Positions 19,803 to 30,110 of a DNA stretch of 64,000 bases are shown here, piece by piece. A program made the position numbers and the translations under genes. Each line of letters opens with the position of its first letter. The stretch's first letter is position 1. The stretch covers positions 64,001 to 128,000 of IMG/VR virus record IMGVR_UViG_3300032030_000005, one strand, 5' to 3'. A model generated the notes under the pieces. That model saw only the letters and a program-made list of their open reading frames with translations, did no database searches and was not told the DNA's origin. This DNA comes from a virus. Taxonomy: Duplodnaviria > Caudoviricetes.

Positions 19803-21989
19803 AATTGTGGAAACATAGGTGGTGATTCACCTGCTGCCATGAGGTATGTTGAATACAGACTTTCAAAGTTTGGTCAATCTTTATGTACTGATATAAATAA
19901 AAATGCTGTGGATTTCACAGATAATTATACAGTAACATTAAAAGAACCTACTGTATTACCAGCTAAAGTTTGTAATTTATTAATCAATGGTTCACTTGGT
20001 ATTGCTTGTGGATTTATAACCAGTATTCCACCCCATAATATTAATGATGTATGCAATGCTACTATAAAATTGGTTAAAGATCCTAATACACATTTAGATT
20101 ATTTCGCAAAGCATCTTAGGCCAGACTTTCCTACCGGTGGTATTATATGTAATACTAGTGAATTAACTAATGCATATAAAACTGGAACAGGAAATATAAA
20201 GATAAGATCTAAGGTAGAAATTGTAACTAAGAAAAATGGTTCATCAATTATTAAGGTAAAACAGATACCATATTTAGTTACAATAGGTCCTAGAATTGTA
20301 CCTGGAGCAACTACAACTGATGGCGGTCTTGTAAACAGTATTGTCGATAAAATTAAAGCAAATGTAATTGAAGGAATTAGTGATATTCAGGATCATTCAG
20401 ATAAAAATGATATCGAAATTGATATTCATGTAAAGAAAGACTATGATCCGAATGTCATTTTAGCTCAGTTATATAAATATACTAAGCTTGAAAGTTCATA
20501 TAAGATTCAGCTTGTATGTTTAAATAATGGTTCTTTTGATGTTTATAACATTAAGAGAATTCTTGAAGAGTTCTTAGATTTTAGACGAGATACTATTAGA
20601 AGAACAATAATCTTTGATATTAATAAATTTCAGCGTAGAATTCATATTCTTGAAGGCTTAATTCTTGCTTTATCAAATATCGATGATGTTGTTAAAATTA
20701 TTAGAGCATCCGCTGATACTAAGATAGCTGCTTCTAAGTTAAAGAAGAAACTTCCTTCATTAACAACAGTTCAAGTAGATTATATACTTGACATGAAATT
20801 ATCTACATTAACTGGCTTAGAAATCGATAAGCTTAAAAATGAAAGAGATGATAAGCTTAACAAGGTTAATGAATTCATTGAAGACCTTAAGCCAGAAAAT
20901 ATTGATAAGAGAATTATTGAAGAACAGGAAGAGTATAAGAAGACATATGGTACTCCTATTAAAACAGAGTATATGGATATAGATACTAACATCACAATTG
21001 AAGATACTATTGAAAAAGAAGATTGTGTTGTCATTCTATCTAAGGACAGTTATGTAAAAAGACTGTCACCTAATACGTTCAAGACACAGAACAGAAATAC
21101 ACAAGGTAATAATTTGTCTATATCTGTTAAAGATATCTTTACAACAAACACTAAAGACCATTTAATGTGTTTTACTAATACTGGAAGAGTCTTTGATATA
21201 AAGGTTTATCAGATACCAGAAAGTAATTTAAAATCAAAAGGAACTAAATTACCTATTAATCTTAAGAAGGATGAAAAAGTAGTTAAGATTCTTTGTTTAA
21301 GTGATGAACAACTTAACAAAGAAGATTCTTATCTGATATTTGTTACTAAGAATGGTATTTGTAAGAAAACTAATATTGAAGACTTTAATAATATTAATAG
21401 TGCCGGATTAATAGCTATTAAGCTTAATGAAGGTGATAAGTTAGTATTTACAGGTCTTATAGATACAGAGAAAGATATTCAGGATATTATCATAGCTTCA
21501 AATACTGGTAATACAGTACGATATAATCATGAAGAATTCAAGCCTATGGGCAGAGTTACAATGGGCCTTACAGCTATGTATTTACCAGAGGACGAATATA
21601 TAGCAAGTGCTTGTATTATAGATAGTCTTAATGATAAAGTATTCTTTGTTACCAGTCAAGGATTAGGTAAGACAACTCTTATAACCGATATGGTTAAAAA
21701 GAAGAATAACGGTAAAATAGCAACAATCAATGATGGTTTCCCACGTCTTAAGAGAACATCAAATATTAAAGGACGTATAGGAATAGAACTTAAAGATAAT
21801 GATAGCTTATTAGATATTTTACCAATCCATGAAGATGATGAGATAAAAGACTTAATAATTACTACATGTAATAAAGTCTTGACAATAAGTACAAGTGAAT
21901 TCTTAAAGCCTTTAAAGCGAACAACATGTGGAAAGAAGCTTATTAATTTAGCTGAAGAAGACCATATCGTTAATGTAGCTTTAAGATAA
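19803..21989 (+). CDS. gyrA: Gyrase A subunit, exon 2 (spliced product about 830 aa)
   Basis: Catalytic AAMRY, EPTVLPA, LLINGSLGIACG, PDFPTGG, C-terminal pinwheel repeats. In frame from 19803. Confidence 0.92.
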   Translation, partial: NCGNIGGDSPAAMRYVEYRLSKFGQSLCTDINKNAVDFTDNYTVTLKEPTVLPAKVCNLLINGSLGIACGFITSIPPHNINDVCNATIKLVKDPNTHLDYFAKHLRPDFPTGGIICNTSELTNAYKTGTGNIKIRSKVEIVTKKNGSSIIKVKQIPYLVTIGPRIVPGATTTDGGLVNSIVDKIKANVIEGISDIQDHSDKNDIEIDIHVKKDYDPNVILAQLYKYTKLESSYKIQLVCLNNGSFDVYNIKRILEEFLDFRRDTIRRTIIFDINKFQRRIHILEGLILALSNIDDVVKIIRASADTKIAASKLKKKLPSLTTVQVDYILDMKLSTLTGLEIDKLKNERDDKLNKVNEFIEDLKPENIDKRIIEEQEEYKKTYGTPIKTEYMDIDTNITIEDTIEKEDCVVILSKDSYVKRLSPNTFKTQNRNTQGNNLSISVKDIFTTNTKDHLMCFTNTGRVFDIKVYQIPESNLKSKGTKLPINLKKDEKVVKILCLSDEQLNKEDSYLIFVTKNGICKKTNIEDFNNINSAGLIAIKLNEGDKLVFTGLIDTEKDIQDIIIASNTGNTVRYNHEEFKPMGRVTMGLTAMYLPEDEYIASACIIDSLNDKVFFVTSQGLGKTTLITDMVKKKNNGKIATINDGFPRLKRTSNIKGRIGIELKDNDSLLDILPIHEDDEIKDLIITTCNKVLTISTSEFLKPLKRTTCGKKLINLAEEDHIVNVALR

Positions 21990-21996
21990 AAATATT

Positions 21997-22032
21997 TACC
22001 CTAAAGAGATAATTCTCTTTAGGGTATTTTTA
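21997..22032 (+). terminator. Terminator after gyrA
   Basis: TACCCTAAAGAGA-TAAT-TCTCTTTAGGGTA plus a T run. Confidence 0.8.
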
Positions 22033-22047
22033 TAAGGAGCTTTTATT

Positions 22048-22653
22048 ATGAAAAAGTGTTATGATAAAAAAGTATTAAAAGAATTATTAAAAAATTTTAA
22101 AAACTCTAAAAATTTTAATACAATAGGTATTACTCCAGATGGAGTTTATAATCATTGCTATAAGTTTAATATTAAAGACGATTATTTATATTTATCATAT
22201 GATAAATGTGCATCATATAATAAGCGTGGTAATGAACATCTTTCTGTAATAGATAACTTTGAAAATGTAAAGTTTCTATATAAAGATAATAAAATATATG
22301 CAACTAATATTCTGACTTTTATGGATTTAATAAATTTCATAGGTAGATATAGACGATGTATTGTAAAAAATAGTTATGAAATTATTAATGATTTTATGAA
22401 ATCGAATGATTATAAGTCTTTATTATATATAAATAATAAGAAAACTAAGTGTACAAAACCGAACTATAGAACTGATTTTTCATTAATATTACATTCTGCT
22501 GAATTTAATAATATATTTAATATATTAAATGCAAATAATACAATTGATAATAATGAAGATGAATTTTACTATGATATTTATAAAAATGAATTTCATATTA
22601 ATATTAATAATGAACAGAATAGAGCTTTATTAGAAGTTTATAATAATTTATAA
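22048..22653 (+). CDS. Hypothetical protein carrying the shared C-terminal tag (ININNEQNRALLEVYNNL)
   Basis: AAGGAG RBS, 201 aa. Confidence 0.7.
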   Translation: MKKCYDKKVLKELLKNFKNSKNFNTIGITPDGVYNHCYKFNIKDDYLYLSYDKCASYNKRGNEHLSVIDNFENVKFLYKDNKIYATNILTFMDLINFIGRYRRCIVKNSYEIINDFMKSNDYKSLLYINNKKTKCTKPNYRTDFSLILHSAEFNNIFNILNANNTIDNNEDEFYYDIYKNEFHININNEQNRALLEVYNNL

Positions 22654-22722
22654 ATACATATTATATTTAGGAGATATATTATTTGTATCTCCTAATTTTT
22701 TATTAATAAAGGAGTAAAGAAA

Positions 22723-23421
22723 ATGGAAAATATAAATAACCATACAAGTATAATTAAAAGTATTAAATTTTTTAAATATGAAAGACCCCTTAAAGTGAGC
22801 TTTCTTGATTTAATAAATAATAATGATGAACATTATACTTTAACCGTCAATTGTAATAAAGCAAACGACTATATTACAAACGATAGTTATCAGTTTGAAA
22901 GTGGTAGTTTTCATGATGCTATTAAATATGATAAAGATACAAAAACTGTATACATAAAAAATAGTCCATCGTCTATGAGACATATTTTCTATGAAATTTT
23001 TGTTAATATTATTAAAGTGACCGCTTATAAAGACTTTAAACCTAATAGATTTTATAACGGTAGAAAATATAAAAATAATCAGACATCTGAAGAATTATTA
23101 AAAGAGTCATTATATAAAGATTATTTAAACTTTTTAGATAATATGTATATTAATATAAAAATACAAAATGTTAAAAATAATGAAATTATTGATAATATAA
23201 AAATGACTTATTATGATTCTTATTATTTGGCTAAACGACAGGCTACAACAAACTATAATACTTTATTATTTAGAAACTTAATAAAGTATTATGATCTAAA
23301 ATCATCTAAGAATGATGTAAGATTGAATTGGATAAAATTAGATTTAACTTATTTTAGTATAACATTGCCAGTAAATGATGTTGCTTATGCTAAAGTTAAA
23401 TTAAATACTTCAACAACATAA
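22723..23421 (+). CDS. Hypothetical protein carrying the shared C-terminal tag (TLPVNDVAYAKVKLNTSTT)
   Basis: AAGGAG RBS, 232 aa. Confidence 0.7.
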   Translation: MENINNHTSIIKSIKFFKYERPLKVSFLDLINNNDEHYTLTVNCNKANDYITNDSYQFESGSFHDAIKYDKDTKTVYIKNSPSSMRHIFYEIFVNIIKVTAYKDFKPNRFYNGRKYKNNQTSEELLKESLYKDYLNFLDNMYINIKIQNVKNNEIIDNIKMTYYDSYYLAKRQATTNYNTLLFRNLIKYYDLKSSKNDVRLNWIKLDLTYFSITLPVNDVAYAKVKLNTSTT

Positions 23422-23431
23422 GGAGGTTTTA

Positions 23432-23788
23432 TTGTTGGATGGACATATTCAGCTATATAAGAATAATGATTTAACTTATGAGGAAAAGCATAAGTTAATT
23501 ATGAGAATTTATTCTCAAACACATAACGACATTTATTTATTAAATGAAGCTAATCCAGCTAATCAGCTTCAAGGAGGGATTCTTCATAACTATCTTTACA
23601 CATTACCAAAAAATTTAGAACATTTATCTGGTGCAACATTAAATGTTATATCTCAGAATGAGCTGCTTGATAATATGGTGGCTGTAGAGATATATTACAA
23701 CACGGTTGCAAATAATTCTATCTACTTGATAACACTTACCGAAAAAATGTATGCATTATTAAGTATAGATAATACATTGGAGGCATAA
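23432..23788 (+). CDS. Hypothetical protein carrying the shared C-terminal tag (LITLTEKMYALLSIDNTL)
   Basis: AAGGAGG RBS with a TTG start. Confidence 0.7.
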   Translation: MLDGHIQLYKNNDLTYEEKHKLIMRIYSQTHNDIYLLNEANPANQLQGGILHNYLYTLPKNLEHLSGATLNVISQNELLDNMVAVEIYYNTVANNSIYLITLTEKMYALLSIDNTLEA

Positions 23789-23794
23789 TATAAT

Positions 23795-24151
23795 ATGGTT
23801 AACGTCAAAGAAACTTTGCACCTGTGGGTTGATTGCCCTTTAGGTTTATACAAAGCATACTTTAGGCATGGAAAAACAAAGCAAGAAATACCATTTTCAA
23901 ATCAAATATGGGATGAAATATCTTGCATTATACATGAATTAGATAAATTAAATAAAACAATACCTGGTATTTATGATAAAATGACAGGACTTAAATTAGA
24001 TAATTACAATGGTAAATTGATTATTTATTGTAATGATGAGTTATATGCTTATCTGTCAATAAATAATCTTTTTGATAATGATTCAATGGAGGTACGTTAT
24101 GATAGAAATAATCTTTTATATCCTATTAGGAGTATTATTGATATGGATTGA
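23795..24151 (+). CDS. Hypothetical protein with a sub-terminal copy of the tag (IIYCNDELYAYLSINNLF)
   Basis: GGAGG RBS, 118 aa. Confidence 0.7.
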   Translation: MVNVKETLHLWVDCPLGLYKAYFRHGKTKQEIPFSNQIWDEISCIIHELDKLNKTIPGIYDKMTGLKLDNYNGKLIIYCNDELYAYLSINNLFDNDSMEVRYDRNNLLYPIRSIIDMD

Positions 24152-24355
24152 AGATATATACAGTCCTATAATAATTACCGAGGATGATATCTATGGATGC
24201 TTAGTATACGCCAAGATTGTGACAACAGGCTTCTTTAAAGAAGTTGTTGTCAAAAAAATTAAATCACTCTTTAAGAAGTGATAATAAGATTAAATACTCC
24301 AGAGACTAAAAATTCTCTGGAGTATTTTTTTAACAATTTAGTGAGGAAATATTTT

Positions 24356-25468
24356 ATGAAAAAAACAACTGAAGACTTTAAAATAGAAGTAAGTAATTTA
24401 ACTAATAATGAATATACATTGATATCAGAATATATCAATAATAAAACAAGAGTTACAATTCAACATAATAAATGTAATAATATATATGAAGTTAGACCAG
24501 ATAGATTTATTCAAGGTGATAGATGTCCTTATTGTGCTGGGAAAATTGTTACCACTGATGAATATAAGAATAAAGTATATAATTTAACAAATGGTGAATA
24601 TGAGCTAATATCAGAATATATCAATAATAAAACTAAAATAAAAATACTGCATCATAAATGTAATAATATTTTTGAAATAACACCTATTAATTTTAATAAT
24701 AATCATAGATGTCCATATTGTTCACACCCAAGTAAGAAGAATTCTATAGAAGATATTAAAACTAAAATATTCAATCAAGTTAATAATGAATATACTTTAT
24801 TAAGTGATACATATATAAATAATAAATCTAAATTATTATTTAGACATAATAAATGTGGTAATGAATTTGAATCTAGTGCTGATAACTTTCTTAATAAAAA
24901 GAGACGTTGTCCTAAATGTTCTTTAGAATTAAGAAGTAAAAAACATAAACTAACTCATGAAGAATTCTTAGCTAAAATACCTAAAGATGTTTTTAATGAT
25001 TATGATATATTAACTAAATATACAGCTAGAAAAAATAATATTAAAGTCTTATGTAAAAAATGTAATAATACTTTTATATTAACAGCTGATGAATTTCTAG
25101 CTGGCAATAGATGTCCTCACTGTAGAGTATCTATTGGTGAAGATTTTATAGATAAATGGTTAACTAAAAATGGTTATGAACATATATGGCATTTTAAAGA
25201 CTTTAAAGATTGTAAATATAAAAAGACTTTAGAATTTGATTTTAAATTAGAAGATTCTAATGGTAAAATATTTATAATTGAATATGATGGTGAATTTCAT
25301 TTTTTACCTATATATGGCAAAAAACAATTAGAGCTACAAATTAAAAGAGATAACATTAAAAATGATTATTGTAAAAAACATGGAATAGATATTTATCGAA
25401 TACCATATACAAAGTTTAATGAATTAAATTCTATATTGGAAAGTATTGTTAGTAAATATAATTATTAA
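24356..25468 (+). CDS. Free-standing homing-endonuclease-like protein: repeated Zn-ribbons plus a Vsr/EDxHD-like nuclease domain
   Basis: Four repeats of Y.L.S.Y.NNK......H.KC.N.F......F....RCP.C, then SIGE...FDF...IIEYDGEFHF...RD..K. Start ATG 24356 (GAGG RBS) is preferred because 24278 lies upstream of a terminator. Confidence 0.8.
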   Translation: MKKTTEDFKIEVSNLTNNEYTLISEYINNKTRVTIQHNKCNNIYEVRPDRFIQGDRCPYCAGKIVTTDEYKNKVYNLTNGEYELISEYINNKTKIKILHHKCNNIFEITPINFNNNHRCPYCSHPSKKNSIEDIKTKIFNQVNNEYTLLSDTYINNKSKLLFRHNKCGNEFESSADNFLNKKRRCPKCSLELRSKKHKLTHEEFLAKIPKDVFNDYDILTKYTARKNNIKVLCKKCNNTFILTADEFLAGNRCPHCRVSIGEDFIDKWLTKNGYEHIWHFKDFKDCKYKKTLEFDFKLEDSNGKIFIIEYDGEFHFLPIYGKKQLELQIKRDNIKNDYCKKHGIDIYRIPYTKFNELNSILESIVSKYNY

Positions 25469-25474
25469 AATATA

Positions 25475-25512
25475 TACCCTAAAGATCAAACGATCTTTAG
25501 GGTAAATTTTTT
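25475..25512. terminator. Bidirectional terminator
   Basis: TACCCTAAAGATC-AAAC-GATCTTTAGGGTA. Confidence 0.8.
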
Positions 25513-28500
25513 TAGTACATTTCTTTGATTTGTCGTTTAAGTTCTATAAGTGCTTTAGACGCATATCCCATGATAAAAATATCCAATGTCATACGTGAAT
25601 TTATACTAAGAGGGCTTAATATACCTTCAATTATTTCATCTTGTCTATAATCTGAATATGGTTCTTCACCTTTTTCAAGAACTCTAGAAACGATGGTTTT
25701 AAGCGCAGTACCGTAGATTATTTTATCACCAACACCTAATTCCTGATAGTATTCGATAAAGAATTCAAACATTACACCATCTACAAGATCTTCACCTTTA
25801 ATTTTATCTTCTTTCTGAATATCTATAATAGGTGCATTAAGACTATCAAAACCACTACCTTTATATTTTTCGATAAGGTTCTTTCTAGTCTTCTTACTAT
25901 TAATATAAGACTTAATAATATTCTGTAAACTTTCAGAATATTCGTTAATCTCATTTGTATAATATATATTAATCTTTGTTACTACACCTGTGTATTTACA
26001 CTTTAATTCATTTTTAGCCATTTCAGCAATGTTTTCTACAAATTCATCACCGATTTTACCAAGAATATCATTAATAGATTCATCATTAAACGCATTTTCA
26101 AATACTAATAATGGTTCATTAGTCTTGATATGCTGACCTTCTTTAGCTATATAACTTACTGTAGCATTTTTATCTAATATTTTAGTCTTTCTCATTGTTA
26201 CTTTAGTTGCCATAGCTTCGGATAATGTTTCTGTAATCATAGAAGAGTCTTCAAGTGTAAAGTCTCCTGATGTTATGGCTATTTTACTTAATCTACCAAG
26301 ACAATATGTAATATCGTCCTTTTTACCGTCTCCCTTAAAGAAGTTAGGGTTTTTAGCTAAAATAGCACCTTTAACGAATTTATCTCCTTCATTATATAAC
26401 ATTTCGAATTCCTGTCCAATAAAGAAACCACCATTAGAGTTATTACATTCAACTATATCTAAATCTATTAAATCCTGTTTACCAGATTTATATTTTATAA
26501 TAGCTACTTTATTCTTAGTATCTATTTTTTCAACTACACCGTCTTCTTTAGCTTTAAATGCAAATTCATCAGAGATCATATATGGAACAGTCTTTTCAAT
26601 ACCACTACCAATAATAGGAGGTCTTTGATCTAATACTGATACGATGTGTTTCTGTTGTACAGACTGCATTGAAATACGTGGAGAGTCAGCGTGAGTAGTT
26701 GTAGCCGGGTTAAGTAATTCGGATACATCATACTGTGTTGTATTACCGTTACCAGATTTATTACTTGGGTCCACAAAGCCATAGATGTTTGTAATTTTAG
26801 GGTCATATGTCAGTTGTCGAACAATGCCTACCTGATTACCTTCAGGTGTATTTAATGATATTAATCCCTTCATGTTCTCATTGTAACCACGTACTCGTTT
26901 AGTATATGCTTCACTTACATTAATACCTGCTAATCCCTTCATAGAAGCATTACCAGTTTTCTCCAATTCAAGAGAAGGATTTAAACTTGAATAGTTTTCA
27001 ATAGTTTTAAGTTCCATCAATTTTTTAGTAAGAATATCTGGATCAACTGTAATCTTTACAGGGTTTTTAGCATGTTTAGAGTCTTTATAATGTTTAAATG
27101 CATCTGCTAATACTTTATACATCATAGCAGGAACTTGTTCAGCACCACGAATTCTAAAATTATTAACATCTGTAGGTTCTGTAAATGAAATATCTTCAAG
27201 TAATGTATTAGCATATAATAATACATCATATACATTTGTAGGAAGATTTAATTCTTCTAAGATATCTCTTGTAATAGGATCTATTAATAATGAAATAGAG
27301 TTATGGAAACCTTTAGCAGCATTTCGTGAATTAAATGCATCACCAAAGTAATCTATATATGGATCTTTAGTATTCATATCTGCAAAGACTATTTCTTCAC
27401 AATCCATTTCTAATAATCCTGATAATAACATACTATTTCTAATCTTAGAAGTATCATAATAAAGATAACCATCTTTAAATTTAATTTTACCAATATCATC
27501 TTGGATATTAATAGATTTATTCTTTTCTTCAAATGTATATTCAATATTATATCTTTCTAAAAGATTTAATAATCCTAATTCATATCCTAATAAAACTGCT
27601 ATAGGAAGTGTTTTATTATTGATTTCCATTCTTGAATATGTTAATTTATTATTTGTTTTAATCTTAGTAGATGATAAATCCTTTACCTTATCAGTTGTTA
27701 CTTCATTGATTAAAGTAATAATCCACGATGATAATGTAGTATCTAAATTCTCATAATTCTTTCCATCATAAAGATATATCTTTTTATCAACAATATTAGA
27801 AAGTATTAATTTTTTCTTATCACTTGTATGACCTAACATGAAGTATTCTTTTTTATCAAAGGTTGCTTTAACAGAAAGCTTTTCATCATATTTAGGCTTA
27901 TTTATATCAAGCATATTTTGTACCGTCTGTTGGTCGAAGATTAATTTATAATTTTCAACATCTAAGCTATAAAGATAAGTAGATATATCACAATATTCTG
28001 ATGATACAGTATACTTACCATTATTCTTAATTGAGTTACCTAATTTATAATCAAAGGTAACTCCTTGTTTTTTATATTTTAATAAATTATGCTTAGTAAA
28101 TAAAGTTTTAAGATATGTTAACTTTTCACTAAACTTTTGACCAAATCTAGTAATAAAGTGCTTATTATAGTTAGTTGTAATCTGTACTCTGTCTGGTTCT
28201 AATTTAACGATAGGCATAAATACAATCTGTTTCATAATAATCTTTTTATTACCATTTACATACATGAATTTACCATCTTTGATTTCTGGTATATTTACTT
28301 TGAATTTATGTGCTACACCTGTATCATCTTTAAATTCAATTTCAAGTAATTGCTGTTTATTCATATCTGTATTATTTGGTTTAAGATCTATCTTATTAAC
28401 ATATACACCAATATCATTATCATTATTAAATGCTTTAAATACTTTAATCATATCCTGATTAAATTTCTTATTCATATAAGAATTATCATAATCTGTTAAA

Positions 28501-29690
28501 GTACTGGTAAGAATTTCTTTATTTAATACTTCTTTAATATTACCATCAGAAATTTCTTTATGATCAATTTTCTTTTCGTCATAATTCTTCTTGATATCTT
28601 TTAATGAGAAGTCATTGAACATCAGCTTGTCCTGTTGAATCAATAACTGTTCAGCAGTTTTCTTACGTTCCCCATCAAGTTTATCTTGTTGAGATTTGAT
28701 TAAAGAATCCTTGAAGTTTTTATCATTTAACATAACCTCTAACATCTGCTCTTCAGTCATATCTTCTGATGTATCAATCTTTTCTTCTACAACTTCTTCA
28801 ATCTTATTATCTAATTCAGACATATTGTCATCGTCTTCATTAACACCAAGATCATCTACAATCTTTTCCTTAAGGTTACTCTTAGCAACTTCTTTTTCAG
28901 TTTCTGTAGTATCTTCTTTAGCACTAACTTTTGATGCAAAACCACTTGAAGGTGCATTCTTATTTTCAGAAGATTCTTCATCTGCAATAATCTTACTTAC
29001 TTCTTCCGTACTAAGTAAAAGATGATTTACACGAATAATAAACTTCTGCTTATTAGTATAGAAATCTTCATCTACTGTAAGTTTAAAGTATGTTTTATTT
29101 TTAGCTGATACAAAAATAAAATTAATACCCATAAACTTTTCAAGAAACCAATCAGGTCTCTTTTTCATCATTGTCTGAAAATAATATAAAAAGCTTTCTT
29201 TATTTTCCGGATCCATACCATCAACATTAAATACAATAACTTTATGGCTGTATTTAAATTCATTATATTTTTTATACATTCCATCAAAGAAATCTTGCAT
29301 TTTTAATAGCTGAGATTTCTTGGAAGATTCCTGATTAATGAGTAAGTATGGGGTCATATCATAAAGTAAATTAGCATTTTTATATGATGTTATATTCTGT
29401 CTACATGTAAAATGATAATTAACCTTTTCCGAAAAATCTTTATAATGATTAGACTGATTTATTAAGTTTCTAATCTTTTTATTATCAGATACTAATAATT
29501 TTTCTCTATAATAATTTTTAAAATATGTAGGCATAAATATATTAGCATTAATAAATTCTATAAAATTTTCAGGAGAATTACCAACATGTAAAATAAGTTG
29601 ATTTTTATTTAGTTCTTTATTATTAGAATCTAAGCCTTTAATTTGTCTATTAAATAATCTATAATCAACTATTTTATCTAGTACTATCAT
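25512..29690 (-). CDS. rpoB: Phage multisubunit RNA polymerase beta-like subunit, N-terminal part (probably virion RNAP)
   Basis: Motifs TPEGNQVGIVRQL, RISMQSVQQKH, FTLEDS, GVGDKI, ILSPLSINSRMT, after which the protein ends (phiKZ/AR9-type split). About 400 aa of N-terminal extension with an acidic linker. Late promoter. Confidence 0.9.
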   Translation of the reverse strand: MIVLDKIVDYRLFNRQIKGLDSNNKELNKNQLILHVGNSPENFIEFINANIFMPTYFKNYYREKLLVSDNKKIRNLINQSNHYKDFSEKVNYHFTCRQNITSYKNANLLYDMTPYLLINQESSKKSQLLKMQDFFDGMYKKYNEFKYSHKVIVFNVDGMDPENKESFLYYFQTMMKKRPDWFLEKFMGINFIFVSAKNKTYFKLTVDEDFYTNKQKFIIRVNHLLLSTEEVSKIIADEESSENKNAPSSGFASKVSAKEDTTETEKEVAKSNLKEKIVDDLGVNEDDDNMSELDNKIEEVVEEKIDTSEDMTEEQMLEVMLNDKNFKDSLIKSQQDKLDGERKKTAEQLLIQQDKLMFNDFSLKDIKKNYDEKKIDHKEISDGNIKEVLNKEILTSTLTDYDNSYMNKKFNQDMIKVFKAFNNDNDIGVYVNKIDLKPNNTDMNKQQLLEIEFKDDTGVAHKFKVNIPEIKDGKFMYVNGNKKIIMKQIVFMPIVKLEPDRVQITTNYNKHFITRFGQKFSEKLTYLKTLFTKHNLLKYKKQGVTFDYKLGNSIKNNGKYTVSSEYCDISTYLYSLDVENYKLIFDQQTVQNMLDINKPKYDEKLSVKATFDKKEYFMLGHTSDKKKLILSNIVDKKIYLYDGKNYENLDTTLSSWIITLINEVTTDKVKDLSSTKIKTNNKLTYSRMEINNKTLPIAVLLGYELGLLNLLERYNIEYTFEEKNKSINIQDDIGKIKFKDGYLYYDTSKIRNSMLLSGLLEMDCEEIVFADMNTKDPYIDYFGDAFNSRNAAKGFHNSISLLIDPITRDILEELNLPTNVYDVLLYANTLLEDISFTEPTDVNNFRIRGAEQVPAMMYKVLADAFKHYKDSKHAKNPVKITVDPDILTKKLMELKTIENYSSLNPSLELEKTGNASMKGLAGINVSEAYTKRVRGYNENMKGLISLNTPEGNQVGIVRQLTYDPKITNIYGFVDPSNKSGNGNTTQYDVSELLNPATTTHADSPRISMQSVQQKHIVSVLDQRPPIIGSGIEKTVPYMISDEFAFKAKEDGVVEKIDTKNKVAIIKYKSGKQDLIDLDIVECNNSNGGFFIGQEFEMLYNEGDKFVKGAILAKNPNFFKGDGKKDDITYCLGRLSKIAITSGDFTLEDSSMITETLSEAMATKVTMRKTKILDKNATVSYIAKEGQHIKTNEPLLVFENAFNDESINDILGKIGDEFVENIAEMAKNELKCKYTGVVTKINIYYTNEINEYSESLQNIIKSYINSKKTRKNLIEKYKGSGFDSLNAPIIDIQKEDKIKGEDLVDGVMFEFFIEYYQELGVGDKIIYGTALKTIVSRVLEKGEEPYSDYRQDEIIEGILSPLSINSRMTLDIFIMGYASKALIELKRQIKEMY

Positions 29691-29840
29691 CGAATCACCG
29701 CCTTAATAAAGTATAATTAAAAGTTTCAGATATACAAATTTATATTTAATTTTTAAATATATATTATTTATGTGTTGAAGTAATAAATTGCTTCACATAG
29801 TATACTATTTAATAATAAAAATAAGGAGGAAAATTAAATT

Positions 29841-30110
29841 ATGAATAGTTTACTAAAAACTTTTGCAGAAAAGCAAAAGATAGAAGTTCATGACAACGAA
29901 GAGTGTTATGAATTATTTGTAGGTGAAGACATAGACAATATTGAATTATTAAGTGAAAATTTAAAAAGTGTCTTTGCTTATGCAGTTACTTCTTCAGATG
30001 ACTCAAAATCGATAATGTTAATAGAGAATTCTGAAGATTCAGAGGACTTCTGTTATTGCATTATAAATAATGCAACAGGAGAAAAAAATTATTTTAATAA
30101 AAATATTTAA
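29841..30110 (+). CDS. Small acidic early protein
   Basis: AAGGAGG RBS, early promoter 29758-29774. Confidence 0.7.
   Translation: MNSLLKTFAEKQKIEVHDNEECYELFVGEDIDNIELLSENLKSVFAYAVTSSDDSKSIMLIENSEDSEDFCYCIINNATGEKNYFNKNI

Noticed and set aside
18347-19838. gyrA as a pseudogene or as two separately translated genes (track ORFs 18347-18661 and 19839-21989)
   Set aside because: Precise removal of 18653-19802 restores the conserved frame, and group I elements are present.
24072-24281. 69-aa ORF as listed
   Set aside because: It overlaps the previous gene. A shorter TTG-started ~47-aa version after AGGAG (24128) is possible but too weak to call.
25512-29690. Host bacterial rpoB, or an intein in the RNAP or gyrase genes
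   Set aside because: The gene is highly divergent, split after the SRM motif and in a phage context. I saw no intein N-terminal C/S block or HN-C/S/T end.
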